DNA of 64,000 bases from Mobula hypostoma. Taxonomy: Eukaryota. A program made the position numbers and the translations under genes. The stretch is from positions 96,908,001 to 96,972,000 of the forward strand of contig NC_086107.1 of the NCBI RefSeq assembly GCF_963921235.1. The letters are read 5' to 3'. Of this stretch, positions 1 through 12,962 are shown piece by piece (the first letter of the stretch is position 1; each line of letters begins with the position of its first letter). Below the pieces are notes generated by a model. It was not told the DNA's origin. It was given only the letters and a program-made list of their open reading frames with translations, and did not search any database.

Positions 1-2830
1 AGTCAGTAGACTGTTGTCAGTCCTCACCTTGAACTTGGTACGAAATAGATAGTCACTTATCTACCACAGCCCATTTCAATGCCAGGAACTCCAATTTGTG
101 CATCGGATAGTTTCATTCGGAAGGTGACAGACTCTGGCTGATGAAAGCAACAAGTCTCAACCTTTTGCCCTGGTCCTGATATAGAACACTGCCCTAGACC
201 CTCATGGCTGGCACTGGTGTGCAGGGCATACATGTATGGCAACTGGTGGTTTGCAAAGGCCAATACAGGTGCTTTAGTCAGCAGGTGGAAGGCTTCTTCA
301 CATTTTGCATCCCATCTTTCTCTGAAAGACTAGAATAAATGTTGCCTTGTCCTTTTGTTCTCCTCCCTTTCTTCCCTAGGAGAGGGTACCCACCCAGAAG
401 CTGATTCAAAGGGTGGCTTACTTTGGAGTAATCCTTCATGAATTTCCGGTAGTACCCACAGAATCCAAGGAAGGAGTGTAGAGCACTCACATTCTTGGGC
501 CTTGGCCATGTGGTCACTGCCTCTATTTTGGACAGATTTGTAGCTACTCCATCCTGTGAGGCTATGTGCCAGACACAGTTGACTGATGTCTTGCAGAACT
601 GGCACTTGTCCAGTGACAGTTTTAACCCTTCAGATTTCAGGAGGTCTCGCACCTTCAGTAGCTTTGTCTCGTATTCTTCCAGAGTGGACCCAAGCACTAT
701 GAGATCATCCAAGTACACCAGTTCCTCAAGCAGGTTCATCTCCGCAACAGTCTTCTCCATGACATGTTGGAACATAGTCAGTGCCCCTGATATGCCCTGG
801 AGCATTCTTTCAAACCGAAAGAATCCCACTGGACACATGAGTGCCATCTTCTCCTTGTCAACTTCACTCATGGGTATCTGATATTACCCACTCCTTAGGT
901 CCAGCACACTGAATCGTTTTGCTCCACTCAGGCATGCCAGCGCACCTGCGATCTGTGGAACAGTATATTGGTCAGGGACTATAGGCAGTTCAGTGTCCGA
1001 TAGTCAATACACATTCATACCTTCCCATTCTTCTTCCTCACCACTGTGCATAGGGACTTCTTGACTCGGTGATAATTCCAGTTTCCTTCAGTTTCAGCAG
1101 ATGCTGCTGAACATCTTCCACCTCCACAGGAGCTAACTGCTGAGACCGTTATCTGAAAGGGGTATTCTTGGAACAACCCACATCACTCATCAGTAGAAAA
1201 GACTTCTTCGAACTTTAACATCTTTTCCGTCAGTCTCCTTTTCCATCTCTCGGGTACCAGGGAGTCACCAAAATTGAATGACTTTGCTGTTACCTTCCTC
1301 AGTCCAGGAGATTGTCTCTCTTCTAGTTTTCTCATCTGAAAACTAGAGATTATGTTCACTGGGAAAAGATGTGCCATCGGCATCCCGCATCTGAGGGTGA
1401 CCCCTGTCACTGTGGTGTTCCTGACAATCACTGTCATTCTGTTTGCATGTACAGCTGACAGTTTCTGAAGTTCAGGCCTCTCCAGCAGGTAAACGTGACT
1501 CTTCTTCGTGATCCTCCAGAGCATCCACCAGGAGGGCCTCAGCATCAAGGATTCTGGGGAATTTGGGGTGTCCTGTCACTCTAGCTACTTCCCCAAGATG
1601 TAACACGATGAGTTTGGGCTGGGTGTACCAGACAGTTCCTTGTTTGTGCTCATCATCTTGCGCCTTCTCAGAACTTGGAGGAACTTGCACCTTCTCAAAA
1701 ACGCCTCCTGAACACTTGGTGAATTGACAAGGTTCTCAAGAAATTCTCTCCATTTCTCTCCTTGCTGGCTCCCACAAGCCTTCTCACAAGGGAAGTATTT
1801 GTTCCCACAATAATGGAAGCTTTACCTTTCTCACTAATGTATCAAGGCCCTCAGCTACTCCAGCACCTGCTTCTGAAAACTCCAGCTTCAAAGACAAGTA
1901 ACTAACATATGCAAAATCATCAGTACTGAGGCCCCAAACCTCTAATGCGTCAAATACCAGTTGTAGAAGGATCCGTACAGTATAGTAACCTTGGAACCAG
2001 TCAAGTATGGCTCCAGCATAAATACCCTCAATCTGTGTGGATACAATGAAGCTCAGCTCCAGTAAGCCTTCAGAAATTGGATTTTGCTCTTTAGTGTATT
2101 TCTTGATGCATTGATTGGAGTGTGTTTCCCCTCTGAGACGCCAGGCTATTCCCTTGCTGGTCTGTCCAAAGTTTCCCAACTTCCTTTTCTGTTTAAGTAA
2201 CTGTTAGTTTACGTTCTAAAAGTTATCTTGACCTTCACACTCCTGATTGAAATGTCCATCTTCCCCACAGTTGTGCAAAAAATACCGGTCATTTCCCTGG
2301 TTAAAAGACCCTGCTTTGTAGCAGCCCTCTGCTTAGTACGTCCTAGTGGTGGGTCCGGCTTCCTATTGGCCTTGTCGTGCTTGGTGGCAGCACTAGCCAA
2401 TATCAACCGAGATACCTCAGCTTGCAGGTCTTTAACTACATCCTGCAAAGCCCTCGCTTGTGTGTCATCGGGTCGCTTCAGCAACAGAGGCTAGTACTGA
2501 GGATTCTGCCCTGTTGATGGAGGCTTCCCACTCCTCCATTAGGTTTTCCACCTCTTTTTTTCTCTGATCAGCTCAAAAAATGAGAGGGGGGATACGTCAT
2601 ACAGGTCATTCAGAGGCTCAATGCAATCATGTAGAGTGACTGTGCGCCCTTCACCACTTGCTCCATCCTTGATTGATTTATCTCAGCCGGTTGAATATCC
2701 CCTTTACGGCACAAGCAATGCAGCTGTCTCTCTACCTGGAAAATGTAGGTAGAAAGTTTCTCCCCTTTCTCCTGGAATGTGTGCCTAAACCTCATCAGGT
2801 CTGTCTGTTGTACCAAAAACACTTCCTAAC

Positions 2831-3636
2831 TGAAACCCCTTTTTACCGGGCGTTTCTAGAAATATGGCTCGTTCACCCCTCACTAACAGCCACTGGACTC
2901 AGCGGTGAGATAACCACCTTTCTCTGATTCCGTACGTCTTTTGTCCCAGCAAAACAGGGAAGTTGCGATGTCTCACCCACCTGAACCCCAATCTGTGTGA
3001 ATACCACTGTCCCCATGCAATTAGCTGTCGGCAAGAAATAACAGATCGTACATGGCATACAATGATAAAGTATATTTACAAATGTCAGCTTTATCAAACA
3101 GTTAATAGGAAAATGAAAAAAAATAAAAAGAGCCCATTACAGTTAACCCATTCCAAATATGCACATAAGATGGAGCTCATCTTGAAGTTGTCTTTAACTC
3201 AAGCGCTGGACCCTCTGTCTGCGTGAAAGTACACACCACCTTCTGAATGTTGTTCAAAATCCATCTTGAACAAACGGGCTCCCCCACAGGTGTATTGGTC
3301 CTTCCTCCTTGAAGCCATTCATTTGTGCAAAGCACCTTGTGCAACAGGAACAGTGTCCTCGGCCATTTTCCCTCCTGTCTTTTCCCAGCTCCCGCCAAAA
3401 AGACCTTGACCCACACAAGTGTCCATCACAAAAAGCTCTCTGCCCAGCGTTCTCTAGAACCTTCTCCCAATTCCACTATCCTGATTGGCTGACACAACAT
3501 CTCTAAGTTGAATATCATAGCACCTTATCTTTAGCTCAAACTCAAACAGGCTGAAAGCAGAACAGAGTGCTCTTACAGAACTGCTAAAATAAAATTCCTA
3601 CAGCATAGCAGTAAAAATCTTAACCAGGGCATTAAA
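2831..3636 (-). mobile_element. Solo LTR nested in the gag of the related Gypsy element
   Basis: Clearly similar to the 4580-5345 LTR (shared aagaaataacagatcgtacatg and ttaaccagggcatta). Flanked by 4-bp TSD TAAC at 2827-2830 and 3637-3640. Gag joins across it (YMQAL|..SVFGTT). Confidence 0.85.
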
Positions 3637-4050
3637 TAACGCTTGCATGTAGCTCGCTGGCGCGGTAAATGGGTTCTCTTTAAGGACCTCCCCTCAGCAA
3701 CTGGAGTTTTTAGACTCTCTACCAGTCGCTGTCTTTTCATATTGTCTGAGCACTGCCACTCATCCAGTAACTAAGATGTCTGCTCTACCCAAGTCTCATA
3801 TTCCCCCTCCCACTTGGGGGTGGGCTTCACTCCCGAGAACATTCTCAGCCTACAATAATTCTGACTCTGCCAGTCGTAATTGCCGAAACCAACTCGGACT
3901 TTTCAGCACTCGCTGAGGGACCTATTAGACCTTTCACATCAGACAACTCCTTCCCCTCACTTTGCAGAAACGATAGCTACTTGTCTTTAAAGTATTTGCC
4001 CTCAGCTACAAGAAAATTGGCTTCAAATTCGTCACCCTTGGATTCAATCA

Positions 4051-4051
4051 A

Positions 4052-4092
<41 letters not shown>

Positions 4093-4150
4093 CTACCTCT
4101 CTACCTCTCTACCTCTATCTCTATCTCCTCTTCCCCCCCACCCCCACCCC
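4051..4150. repeat. (CT)n / CTCTAT microsatellite
   Basis: Directly visible. Confidence 0.9.
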
Positions 4151-5647
4151 AAAAGTATAGATGACTTATAGCCCTGCCTCTGCAGGTGCCCAGTCATACC
4201 AGACAGCACCACTCCAGTCACGTCACTGTTAGTCTGAACTAAAAAGACGTCTTTGCCTGTCATTTGGTCAAACTGCTGTTCGATGAGTGTAACTTTCCCT
4301 AGTACTGGAACTGAATTTAAAACTCTAATCAGCAATTCATCTGGGCTGTGGATATCCGCTCCGCTCAGAACACAAGCATTAGTTGTGGGTAATCACTTTG
4401 AATCACAACAAAGCTCAATCCCTGGGGCGTCCATGATCAAGTACCTTACTCGCTTTCCCCGACACTAGTTTAAACACAGACCATTTAAGTCAATTCTTAC
4501 CGCAATTACACAATATTCAGTGAATTAATCCTGGATGAGCCCACAGAATTAAATCCCCCTACCACCCTTCTTCTCCCCCCCCCCCCGGCTTTTACTGGGC
4601 TTCTATAGAAACTTGGCTTATTAGCCACTCTGCTAACAGCCACTAGACTCAGCAGAGAGAAGACTACCTTTCTCAAACTCTACATCCAGGGTTGGTATAA
4701 CTTGGGTTCCACCAAGCTGGAATGTTGGAAGGTTTCGACCACCCGAACTCCAATTTGAGCGGGTACTATGTAAATACTGCCCACGTACAATTATCCATTG
4801 GTAAGAAATAACAGATCGTACATGACATACAATTATAAAGAAGGTATATTTACTTGTGTCGGCTTAATCAAACAGTTATTAAAAGAAGAAAAAGAAAAAG
4901 GTCCCACTATAATTGAACGAGTCTAAATGTGCATAAGGTTTGAGCTCATATCTTCCAAAATCTGGATGTGTTCCTTATGGCACTGACTCCTCAGCACCGA
5001 TCACTGGTAGAACTTCCCATCTTGGACTCCATCGAATCTGCATTCCAGTTGAATCAAATCCTACAGCCATCTCTCCTGATCTTCTTTTCTCTCCATCTCC
5101 CACTAAAAGACCACAACCCCCACCAGTGTCTTATCACAAAACTCTCTCTGCCCGGCTTTCTCTAGAACCTTCACCCAATTCCACCATTTTGTTTGGGTGA
5201 CTGAACATTCCGAAATTGAATATTACAGCCCCTTATCTTTACCTGAAACCCAAACACTAGCAGCAGAACACGCTGATTCTACAGAAAGCTATTAAATGAA
5301 ATACCCTACAGCATTCACAGTAAAATTCTTAACCAGGGCATTACACTGGGTTTTACCCTATTGGATTATGCAAGTTGAGAGCAAGAGCAAATTTTCATTT
5401 GTGATTCCCACAGTGCAATTGCCAATGATAGGGCAGCAGATCTGTACAAATATTTGAATTAAGTATTTGGCCAAAGTGACTGAAAAGGTGCTAGTGTTGT
5501 CATTGGGACTTGCCACATCAAACAACTGTTGGTCGTTTCTGGCCTTTGTGATTAAAAATTGAGAATAACTCAACATTGGGGTTGGGGAGTGGAATCTTGA
5601 TGTGGTTCTGCACCTGTAAACACATTAAGCTTTGTTTTTAATTTCAG

Positions 5648-5727
5648 TGTAGAAACTGTGAGGTCATCATTGGCCTATGTCGATGTGAACTTCTTTCTTG
5701 GAAAAGTTTGCTTTATGGCAGTTGGGG
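5648..5727 (+). CDS. CENPM: CENP-M internal coding exon (equivalent to human exon 4)
   Basis: Acceptor ttttaatttcag| and donor |gtaagt. The 80-nt exon reads (S)[26 protein letters not shown], matching human CENP-M [27 protein letters not shown] as recalled. Confidence 0.95.
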
Positions 5728-6059
5728 GTAAGTTCAGTTAATTCTTTTCAACCACTTTCAAAATGTGCAACCTCACTTGCCCTTTTCTCTTGCATCCCTC
5801 AAGTCAAATTTTACATAATTACCCCACTGGGACTTTTTTGACTCTTGCTTTCTCAATTTCCTTTCAACCTTTGATAGTGCTGTTTTGTTTAGTTGCAGTT
5901 CAGTTTTGAAAATTTAATCAATTGAAATCTAATCTTGAAATCCATCAGTGGCTTAAAATCAAATCTAGATTAGTCAAGCTTGGTGAGAAAATGAATGAAA
6001 GCATGGAGTGATGAAACCCCACGATGAAGGTCAGATTCTACAGAATGGAGTGGAAATAG

Positions 6060-8280
6060 ACAAGCAGCGATATTTTGGAGTGTATGGATTTTAGTACTAG
6101 AAGTATTATGGGTATAGGTGATAAACTTAGAATGGATCACTACATGGAACTATGTTGTGACCATTACAGAAACTTGGTTTTGAGAGAGGGACATGAATGG
6201 ATCCTTAATGTCCCAGAGTTACCAAGTTTTAAAAAAGATAGGAAGGTAAAAGGGGGGGGGGGTGGTTAATCAGAGACAATATCACAGCTGCACTCGGGAC
6301 AGAATGAAAGGCTAGTCCACTGAGTCTATGGGTAAGACTCAAAACTAGGAAGGGTGTAATCTCTCTGAGATTATACTACAGACTCCACCCCAATAGCCAC
6401 TGAGGTATTGAGGAACAGATATGCAGGTAGATTAAGGAAAGGTGTAAAAACAATATTGTTGTTGTCATGGGGACTTCAACTTCCCTAATATAAACAGGGA
6501 CCATAGTGCAAGAGCTTCACATGGGGCAGAATTTGTTAGACGTATCCAGGAGGGCTTCTCAAATCAATACATAGAGAGTCCAACAAGAGGAAGGGCTGTA
6601 TTGAACCTGGTGTTGGGTAATGAGCCTGGTCAGGTGATTGACCTTTCAGTGTGTGAACAGTTAGGGAACGATGACTATAACTCCTTAAGTTTTAAGATAG
6701 TGATAGATGAGAATAAGTATGACCTTGTGAGAGATTATTAAATTGGAGCAGGGCAAGTTGTGAAAGCATTGAGTAGGAACTAGGGAGAGTTGGGAACAGC
6801 TGTTTTTGGGCAAGTTTCACATCTGACATGTGGAGGGTGTTGAAAGACCAATTACACAGTATAGGACAGGTATATTCTGGTCAGTAGGAAGGACAAGGAT
6901 GGCAAAGTTAGAGAACCTTGGATATTGAGAGAGGTGATGAATTTAGTCAAGGAAAAAAAAAGGAAAAGTATGTGAAGTGTAGGAAACCTGAATCAAACTG
7001 CCTTTGAGGCTTACAAAGAAGCCAGAAAAGAACTCGAAAAGAATTAGAAAAGCCATTAAAAGTCCTTGGCAAGTAGGAAATAGAGAATCCCAAGGCATTC
7101 TGTGTATATATCAAGAGCAAGAGGATAACTAGGAAGAGGATGGGACCACTCAATGATAAAAGGAGAATATTTGCTGGATGTGGAGGATGTGGCTTTGGAC
7201 ATTAGTGTGTACTTTACATCAGTATTTACCATGGAAAAGGGCATTTCGAGCTAGAGGTGGAGGTAGTGTTGTGTCTATTAGAACTCAAGTTCCCAGGGCC
7301 TGATGGGATATTTCCCAGGTTACTGAGAGAGGCAAGAGATGAGATTGCTGGGACTTGACCAATATCATGTCCTCTTAGGCCACAGGCGAGGTCCTAGAGG
7401 ACTGGTGAGTTGCTAATGTTGTTCCATAATTCAAGAAGGGAACCAGGGATAATACTGGAAACTAGACTGGCACGTCTCACGTCAGTGGTAGGGAAGTTAC
7501 TGAAGAGAATTGCTCGGGATAGGATTTATCCATTTGAAAAACCAGGGTCTAATTAGGGAGAGCCAGCATGGCTTTATACAGAGTAAGTCACTAACATGAC
7601 TGAGTTTTTTAACGAGGTGATAGGGGTGATTGATGAAGGTGGAGTTGTGGATATTGTCTGCATAGATTTTAGTAAAGCATTTGACAAGGTCCCCCATGGG
7701 AGGCTCATCCAGAAGATGAGGATGCACGGGATCCATGATGATCTGGCCGATTGGATTCAGAACTGGCCTGCCCATAGAAGTTAGGGGTGGTGGTTGAAGG
7801 GAGTTATTCTAGATAGAGGTCTATGATTAATGGTGTTCCACAGGAATCTGTACTGCGACCTCTGCTGTTGTGATGTCTATGAAAGACCTGGATGAAAATG
7901 TAGATGGTAAGTATGCCAATGATATGAAGATTGATGGTGTTGTGGGTAGTGTAGAAGACTGGCAAGGAATACAGTGAGATGTAGATCAGTTGCAGGTATG
8001 GGTGGAAAAATGGCAAATGGAGTTTAACCTGACTGTATCTGAAGTGTTGCACCTTGGTAGGTCAAATATAAAGAGACAATACAAAGTTAAGGGAAAGACC
8101 CTCAACACCCTTAGTGTTGATGAGCAGTGAGGTTGGGGTCCAAGTTCATAGCTCCTCGAAAGGGGCTACACGGGGTGATGGGTGATTAACAAGGCATGCT
8201 TGATTACTAATTTAATTGGATTGACACAACATTGTGTGCTGAAGTGCCTGTTCTTGGGTTGTAGTGTTCTGTGTTGTATT
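6060..8280 (+). mobile_element. Decayed CR1 (HER1-like) LINE, endonuclease to RT, in a CENPM intron
   Basis: Endonuclease motif VMG.DFNFPNI at ~6465. RT motif DFSKAFDKVPHGRL (ORF 7596-7784) and QMEFN motif. Heavily frameshifted. Confidence 0.88.
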
Positions 8281-8423
8281 GCAGTAGAATTATGGCATCT
8301 GTAAGGTTGTGTTCACTGCTAACTGAATTGGGAGCTCCACAGTCTATCACAAGTTAAATCCCTAAATCTATAAGGGCAAATATTCATTGGCTTGCAATTC
8401 AGACATTTTTCTGTTTGTTTTAG

Positions 8424-8515
8424 ACAAATCTGTTAAACACCAGTCAGTGGACATGTATACGCTGAAGCAACTGGCAGATTCCTACTTGAGCCCCTTGATA
8501 CCTGTTGAACTTGAG
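8424..8515 (+). CDS. CENPM: CENP-M internal coding exon (equivalent to human exon 5)
   Basis: Acceptor ttctgtttgttttag| and donor |gtatga. The 92-nt exon is phase-compatible with the previous exon and reads DKSVKHQSVDMYTLKQLADSYLSPLIPVELE (human ..[26 protein letters not shown]). Confidence 0.95.
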
Positions 8516-9317
8516 GTATGAATAATTGTGAGGATGACTCATGGTAAGGTGTTATATGCATGGTATGATTTCTCCTTTGGGAGAGTCATCTGTCACTATC
8601 TGTTTTATTTGATTTTTATCCATTCAATGGGTCTGATGGCTCAAGTTGGGAGGTCTGTATGGAAGTGTAGTGTTCAGTTTTAGATGGGGAAGAAAAATTT
8701 CCATTCCCATCTTAGTTCCATATGACTGATGTTGTGGGGTGGGTGGGGGGAGGTGTTGACAGCTGCAGAGAAACTGTGCCTCCTAGTTGCTGCCTGTGTG
8801 AGAAAAATGAGGCACTATTTTGAGAGTATTTGTTTTGATCTATGGCAAACCAAAATCTTTCCCAAAATGTTTTGCCATATCTGGTGGGACGGATGTCCAG
8901 CTCTGTCCTGGGAGGCTGGTTTCCATGGTTTTTCAGGGAGAGCCTCAGCCATCAGTTGCACTGCTGCAGAGATACCTCCAGAAGAGAACAATCATTTCCA
9001 ACAGGTCTAGGGAAAGCTGCATAAAGAATCTCCCTGGAATAAGTGTTATCTGAGATTGCAAAAGCGTTGTTCTCAAATTTTGATTGTAAAGGGTTCTAAT
9101 GTTCACATTAATGCAATGTAAAGTTACGCTTAAAAGGTATCAGGAATTAACAGCTGAAACTTAGGTCTGCATCCAGTAATGAAAAAGTTTGTAAGGTCCA
9201 ATAAGTTATATTTACTTTTCATGTTAAGACCTGGCTCTTTTGTGAAAACTTGAATATTTTAATCAAGTCTTGTTTCAAGACTATAAAGGTTTTTCCAGCT
9301 GCTGAACAAACATATGA

Positions 9318-9590
9318 CTTACTACCCGTTATGCCACTATCATTTAGGGCAGCAATGACTGTCTTGACCAGTCACGGTTGTTAGCCCTGACCTGAACCAC
9401 CTGAACCCCCTGAACCTGGAGGACTGGTGGAATGCTGTTAGTCTGTCCTCTACCCTTTGACCTGTTTGGCATGGGTGACCCTACCAAGAGCCAAAGCAGA
9501 AGGCCCTGACTCCAGCCAACATAGCTCTCCAGGTTATTGAGGTGTTCCAGCCTCCAAACCTTATGACAAGGTTGTGGTCCTCTTGGAGGA
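9318..9590 (-). mobile_element. Short interspersed repeat, probably an RTE-related non-autonomous element
   Basis: Reverse-complement similarity to 60113-60530 and 59706-59765 (gaggaccacaaccttgtcat, tttggctcttggtaggg, catgccaaacaggtcaaagggtag). Confidence 0.6.
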
Positions 9591-9978
9591 ACAAAGATGT
9601 GAATTAGAGGGAAAACAAGGGTTGTGTAGAGATGCCCTCCTACACTGGGGTGGTGGTGATGAGATTAGCACCAGAGCAAGAACTTTAATTTTAAACTAAT
9701 TGAACTCCAACCTGAGTTTGTCACTTACACCTTTGGAACAGATCACTGTTTGATCAGATGATAATTAAAATGAAATGAAAATGAGTAACAATCTTTGCAG
9801 ATGATGTGACGAGATGAAACAAGGGTGAAAGGGTTAAATGTCACGAAATGTGGCCAAACAAATACACCAGCCATGTGATACGTGAGAAGCACTAGAATCT
9901 GTCTTACAGTTGTGGAATTTCTAATTTTATATTTCTTTATGCCAATTGGGTCTGAGTGACATTTACTTTATTTATCAG

Positions 9979-10119
9979 TCCACAGAAAGAAGAGCAGTGA
10001 TAGCCAAGAGGCTCCTTCAGATGTTGAAGGTGGCGGCTGGCCTGGTCCCAGGTATCTCAGCCCTTGCTCTCAGTTCTTTGATAAGGCCTTCCTTCAAGAC
10101 CGAAGTGGAGAAATGCTAA
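9979..10119 (+). CDS. CENPM: CENP-M last coding exon with stop codon
   Basis: Acceptor tttatttatcag|. Reads STERRAVIAKRLLQMLKVAAGLVPGISALALSSLIRPSFKTEVEKC*, with TAA at 10117-10119 (human ..[33 protein letters not shown]..). Confidence 0.95.
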   Translation, partial: STERRAVIAKRLLQMLKVAAGLVPGISALALSSLIRPSFKTEVEKC

Positions 10120-10572
10120 ACAGCCTGTTGTATTATGGACATTTCCAACTTACAATTGCAAAGCATTCCATGATATTTCTTAATGTAACTCGTATAATAT
10201 CTTGAACTTCAATTCAGTGTCCTACCCAAATGTATTGTGGAAGCAATCATCTCAATTTAGTTTTCCTTAAATACAATTGAGATGTTGGGTAATTATTGTG
10301 TATGTGGCTGACTTGGTGTTTTCACTGTATGGAGTCAGTTGAAGTGCAGGTTTGGATGTAATATAAAACATTTTTGGAGCAACACTGGTCTGTCAATGAA
10401 CAATTAGTATTTGGGAGTGGGGATTGGACTGAGAATAGAAAACAAATTCAGAATAGAGAAAGTTTGAGCTAGAATTCAACAAAGAATATGGATTTTCAGT
10501 CTTGGGATTTTAAGGAAATGGTTTCTTCCTATTAGTTCAATGATGCTTGTAAATAATGCAATGTGTAATATA

Positions 10573-10578
10573 AATAAA
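10573..10578 (+). promoter_or_regulatory. Candidate polyadenylation signal of CENPM
   Basis: AATAAA about 450 nt after the stop codon, followed by T/GT-rich sequence. Usage is not verifiable from sequence. Confidence 0.4.
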
Positions 10579-10730
10579 GTATAAATTAACCATTTTGTTG
10601 GTTTCAACTTGTTTGTCTCTGGGTTTTTTCTAATTGTGAAGTAATGTACATTTAGGGAAATAGCTGGAGTAGCTATTTGCTCTATCATTTGTTTGTTATG
10701 TATCATGTCAGATGATGTGGGCGATTATAG

Positions 10731-11110
10731 TAACACACATAAAAGTTGCTGGTGAACGCAGCAGGCCAGGCAGCATTTATAGGAAGAGGTGCAGTCGATG
10801 TTTCAGGCCGAGACCCTTCGTCAGGACTAACTGAAGGAAGAGTGAGTAAGGGATTTGAAAGTTGGAGGGGGAGGGGGAGATCCAAAATGATAGGAGAAGA
10901 CAGGAGGGGGAGGGATGGAGCCAAGAGCTGGACAGGTGATAGGCAAAGGGGATATGAGAGGATCATGGGACAGGAGGTCCGGGAAGAAAGAAAAGGGGGA
11001 GGGGGAACCCAGAGGATGGGCAAGGGGTACCCCATCTGTTACTTATTTTTATAGACTTCTCTAACTTCCGCTAATGCCCCACCTCCCCCTCGTACCCCAT
11101 CCGTTATTTT
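10731..11110 (-). mobile_element. Penelope-like element 3' terminus fragment with hammerhead motif
   Basis: The - strand reads agtc-CTGACGA-agggtctcggcct-GAAAC-ATC-gact. The repeat family recurs throughout the window. Confidence 0.7.
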
Positions 11111-12599
11111 TATATTTCCCAAGCCCCAAATGTAAATCAAATTGTTGTGATATGTGGGAGAAACACACTTGGATTCCCTATCTTATACATCTCTACAAAA
11201 GGCAACTAAAGCAAAATTCGTTTTCTCTCTCAATTCTGATGGAGGGTCTTTAAGTTGAAACATTAATGGTTTGTCTTCATAGGTGCTGCCTGATCTGTTG
11301 TGTGTTTTCAGCATTTTCTATTTTATTTCAGTCATTGGTTAATGGCTGCATAATCAATGGATAAACTTTGGAGGGATTTTTAAAAGACAGTTAGGGATTC
11401 TTCAATAACATCATGAGTTTACATGAAACATTCCAAAATGGCTTATCTAGACCCTGGGTACGCAACCAGAGCCCCACTGGGACCTGATTATTCCTATCAA
11501 AAAATGAACTTGGTGTTTAAATTGGATAGGGTAGGATTGGCTCTTTATAAATTAGTGTGTCAAAACTCAGGATTTTATATGAAATTGTACAATCCTATAA
11601 ATGAAGATGTCAGGATCTGTTGGAGACTGAGGTTGGTTAATGTGGTTCATTAACTGAACTAAATGCTTGGTTAGTGGTGGGTATTAGTCCTGAATGAGGC
11701 CACACTGGCATTATGTCGGTTTTAAAATAAAAAGCAAGTAGCAAATTATTTCCCGATTTACTTTTATATTCCCCATCTTCAACAAGGCCTCCACTTGTTG
11801 AGACCCATATATTTCACAAATAATTGGTTTGTATGCCCTTAAGGTGTTTGTTTTTGCTGATTGTTTAATCAATCCATTAATATGACTTAATTACATAACG
11901 ATCTTGTAAAGGAAAAGCTTTGATTTAAACTCTGCATTTCACACCTATCACATTTTACATACAACTTTCTGTAGATAATTTTAACTCTGAACCCTACTAG
12001 ATCCTAAAGCTATCAAGTCATTTCGAGTTTCGACTAAATCAGTTTTGCGACTTTGGATAGATTTATTGTCCCAAATGGACTGCACGGTTTACATTGTGAT
12101 GCAGTACCATTCTGAATATCACTAGTCCAATTGTTGGTCTAAGGCCATAGCCAGTAGTGGTTTCGCCCTCGCTACACCCATCACATAATAGAAATTGCAA
12201 CACAAACAACCCATATTGAACATCATTTGTTGGGTTCTCATATCATTTATCAATGGGATTTCCATGTCAACTGCTTGTTTTCCACATTGTCCTTTCCTGA
12301 CTTACAACATTGGGACTAACGTAATGTAGCATGCAATTTGAGATTGTTTCGAAGTTCCTGGATTTCATTTTGATTTCCTGGTTGGCGTGTTTTAAACCTA
12401 TTTCTTTGGCGAAACCACAACTCTGAATGACAACAATTTTTATCGCAGGTTGGGTGGCGGACTTAAGTCAAGGATTAATTTTTTTCACCATAAAGATAGA
12501 AGTGCAGATATAAACAAAAATGCATAAATAAAACTATGTACTTAAAATGTAAACAGCATTATAAAAAGTGGTTTCGTGTTTACAGTATAGTGCAGTAGG

Positions 12600-12962
12600 A
12601 ATTTGCAAGTAGAAGTTTGCAAGTATTTTTGGTGACATACCAAATCTTAAACTCCTAATGAAATACACCTGAATAACCTTTATAGTTGCATCGACATGTT
12701 GGGTCCAGGTTAGTTCCTCAGAGATATTGACACCTAGGAACTTGAAATTGCTTGTTTGCTCGCTCCACTTCTGATTCCTCTATGAGGATTGGTGTGTGTC
12801 CCCTTGTCTTACCCATTCCGAAGTCTACAATCAGTTCTTAGGTCTTACATTAAATGCAAGGTCATTGCTGCGATGCCACTCAACCAGCTGGTATATTTCG
12901 CTCTTGTACACCCTTTTGTCACCATCTGACATTCTGCCAACAATGGTTGCATTTTCAGCAAA
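12600..12962 (-). mobile_element. Rex1/L2-type LINE RT fragment
   Basis: The - strand reads KTxELIVDF..THTPILI..VER..NFKFLGVNISEEL.W, as in the other Rex copies. Confidence 0.7.

Larger units (their letters stand above)
1..5345 (-). mobile_element. Degenerate Gypsy/Ty3 LTR retrotransposon with PNMA-like gag, in a CENPM intron; runs off the window start
   Basis: 5' LTR at ~4580-5345 starts TGTAATGCCC on the - strand. Gag remnants: YCRLRMFSGVKPTP..EYETWVEQ..LDEWQCSD..KRQRLVESL and FRHTFQEKGEKLS. RT remnants: GFFRFERMLQG, VYLDDLIV, SFLGFCGYYRKF (ORF 278-871). Many stops and frameshifts. Confidence 0.9.

Noticed and set aside
9979..9985. Alternative acceptor (tccacag|) 7 nt into the last CENPM exon
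   Set aside because: It would shift the frame away from the conserved C-terminus, and there is no evidence of use.
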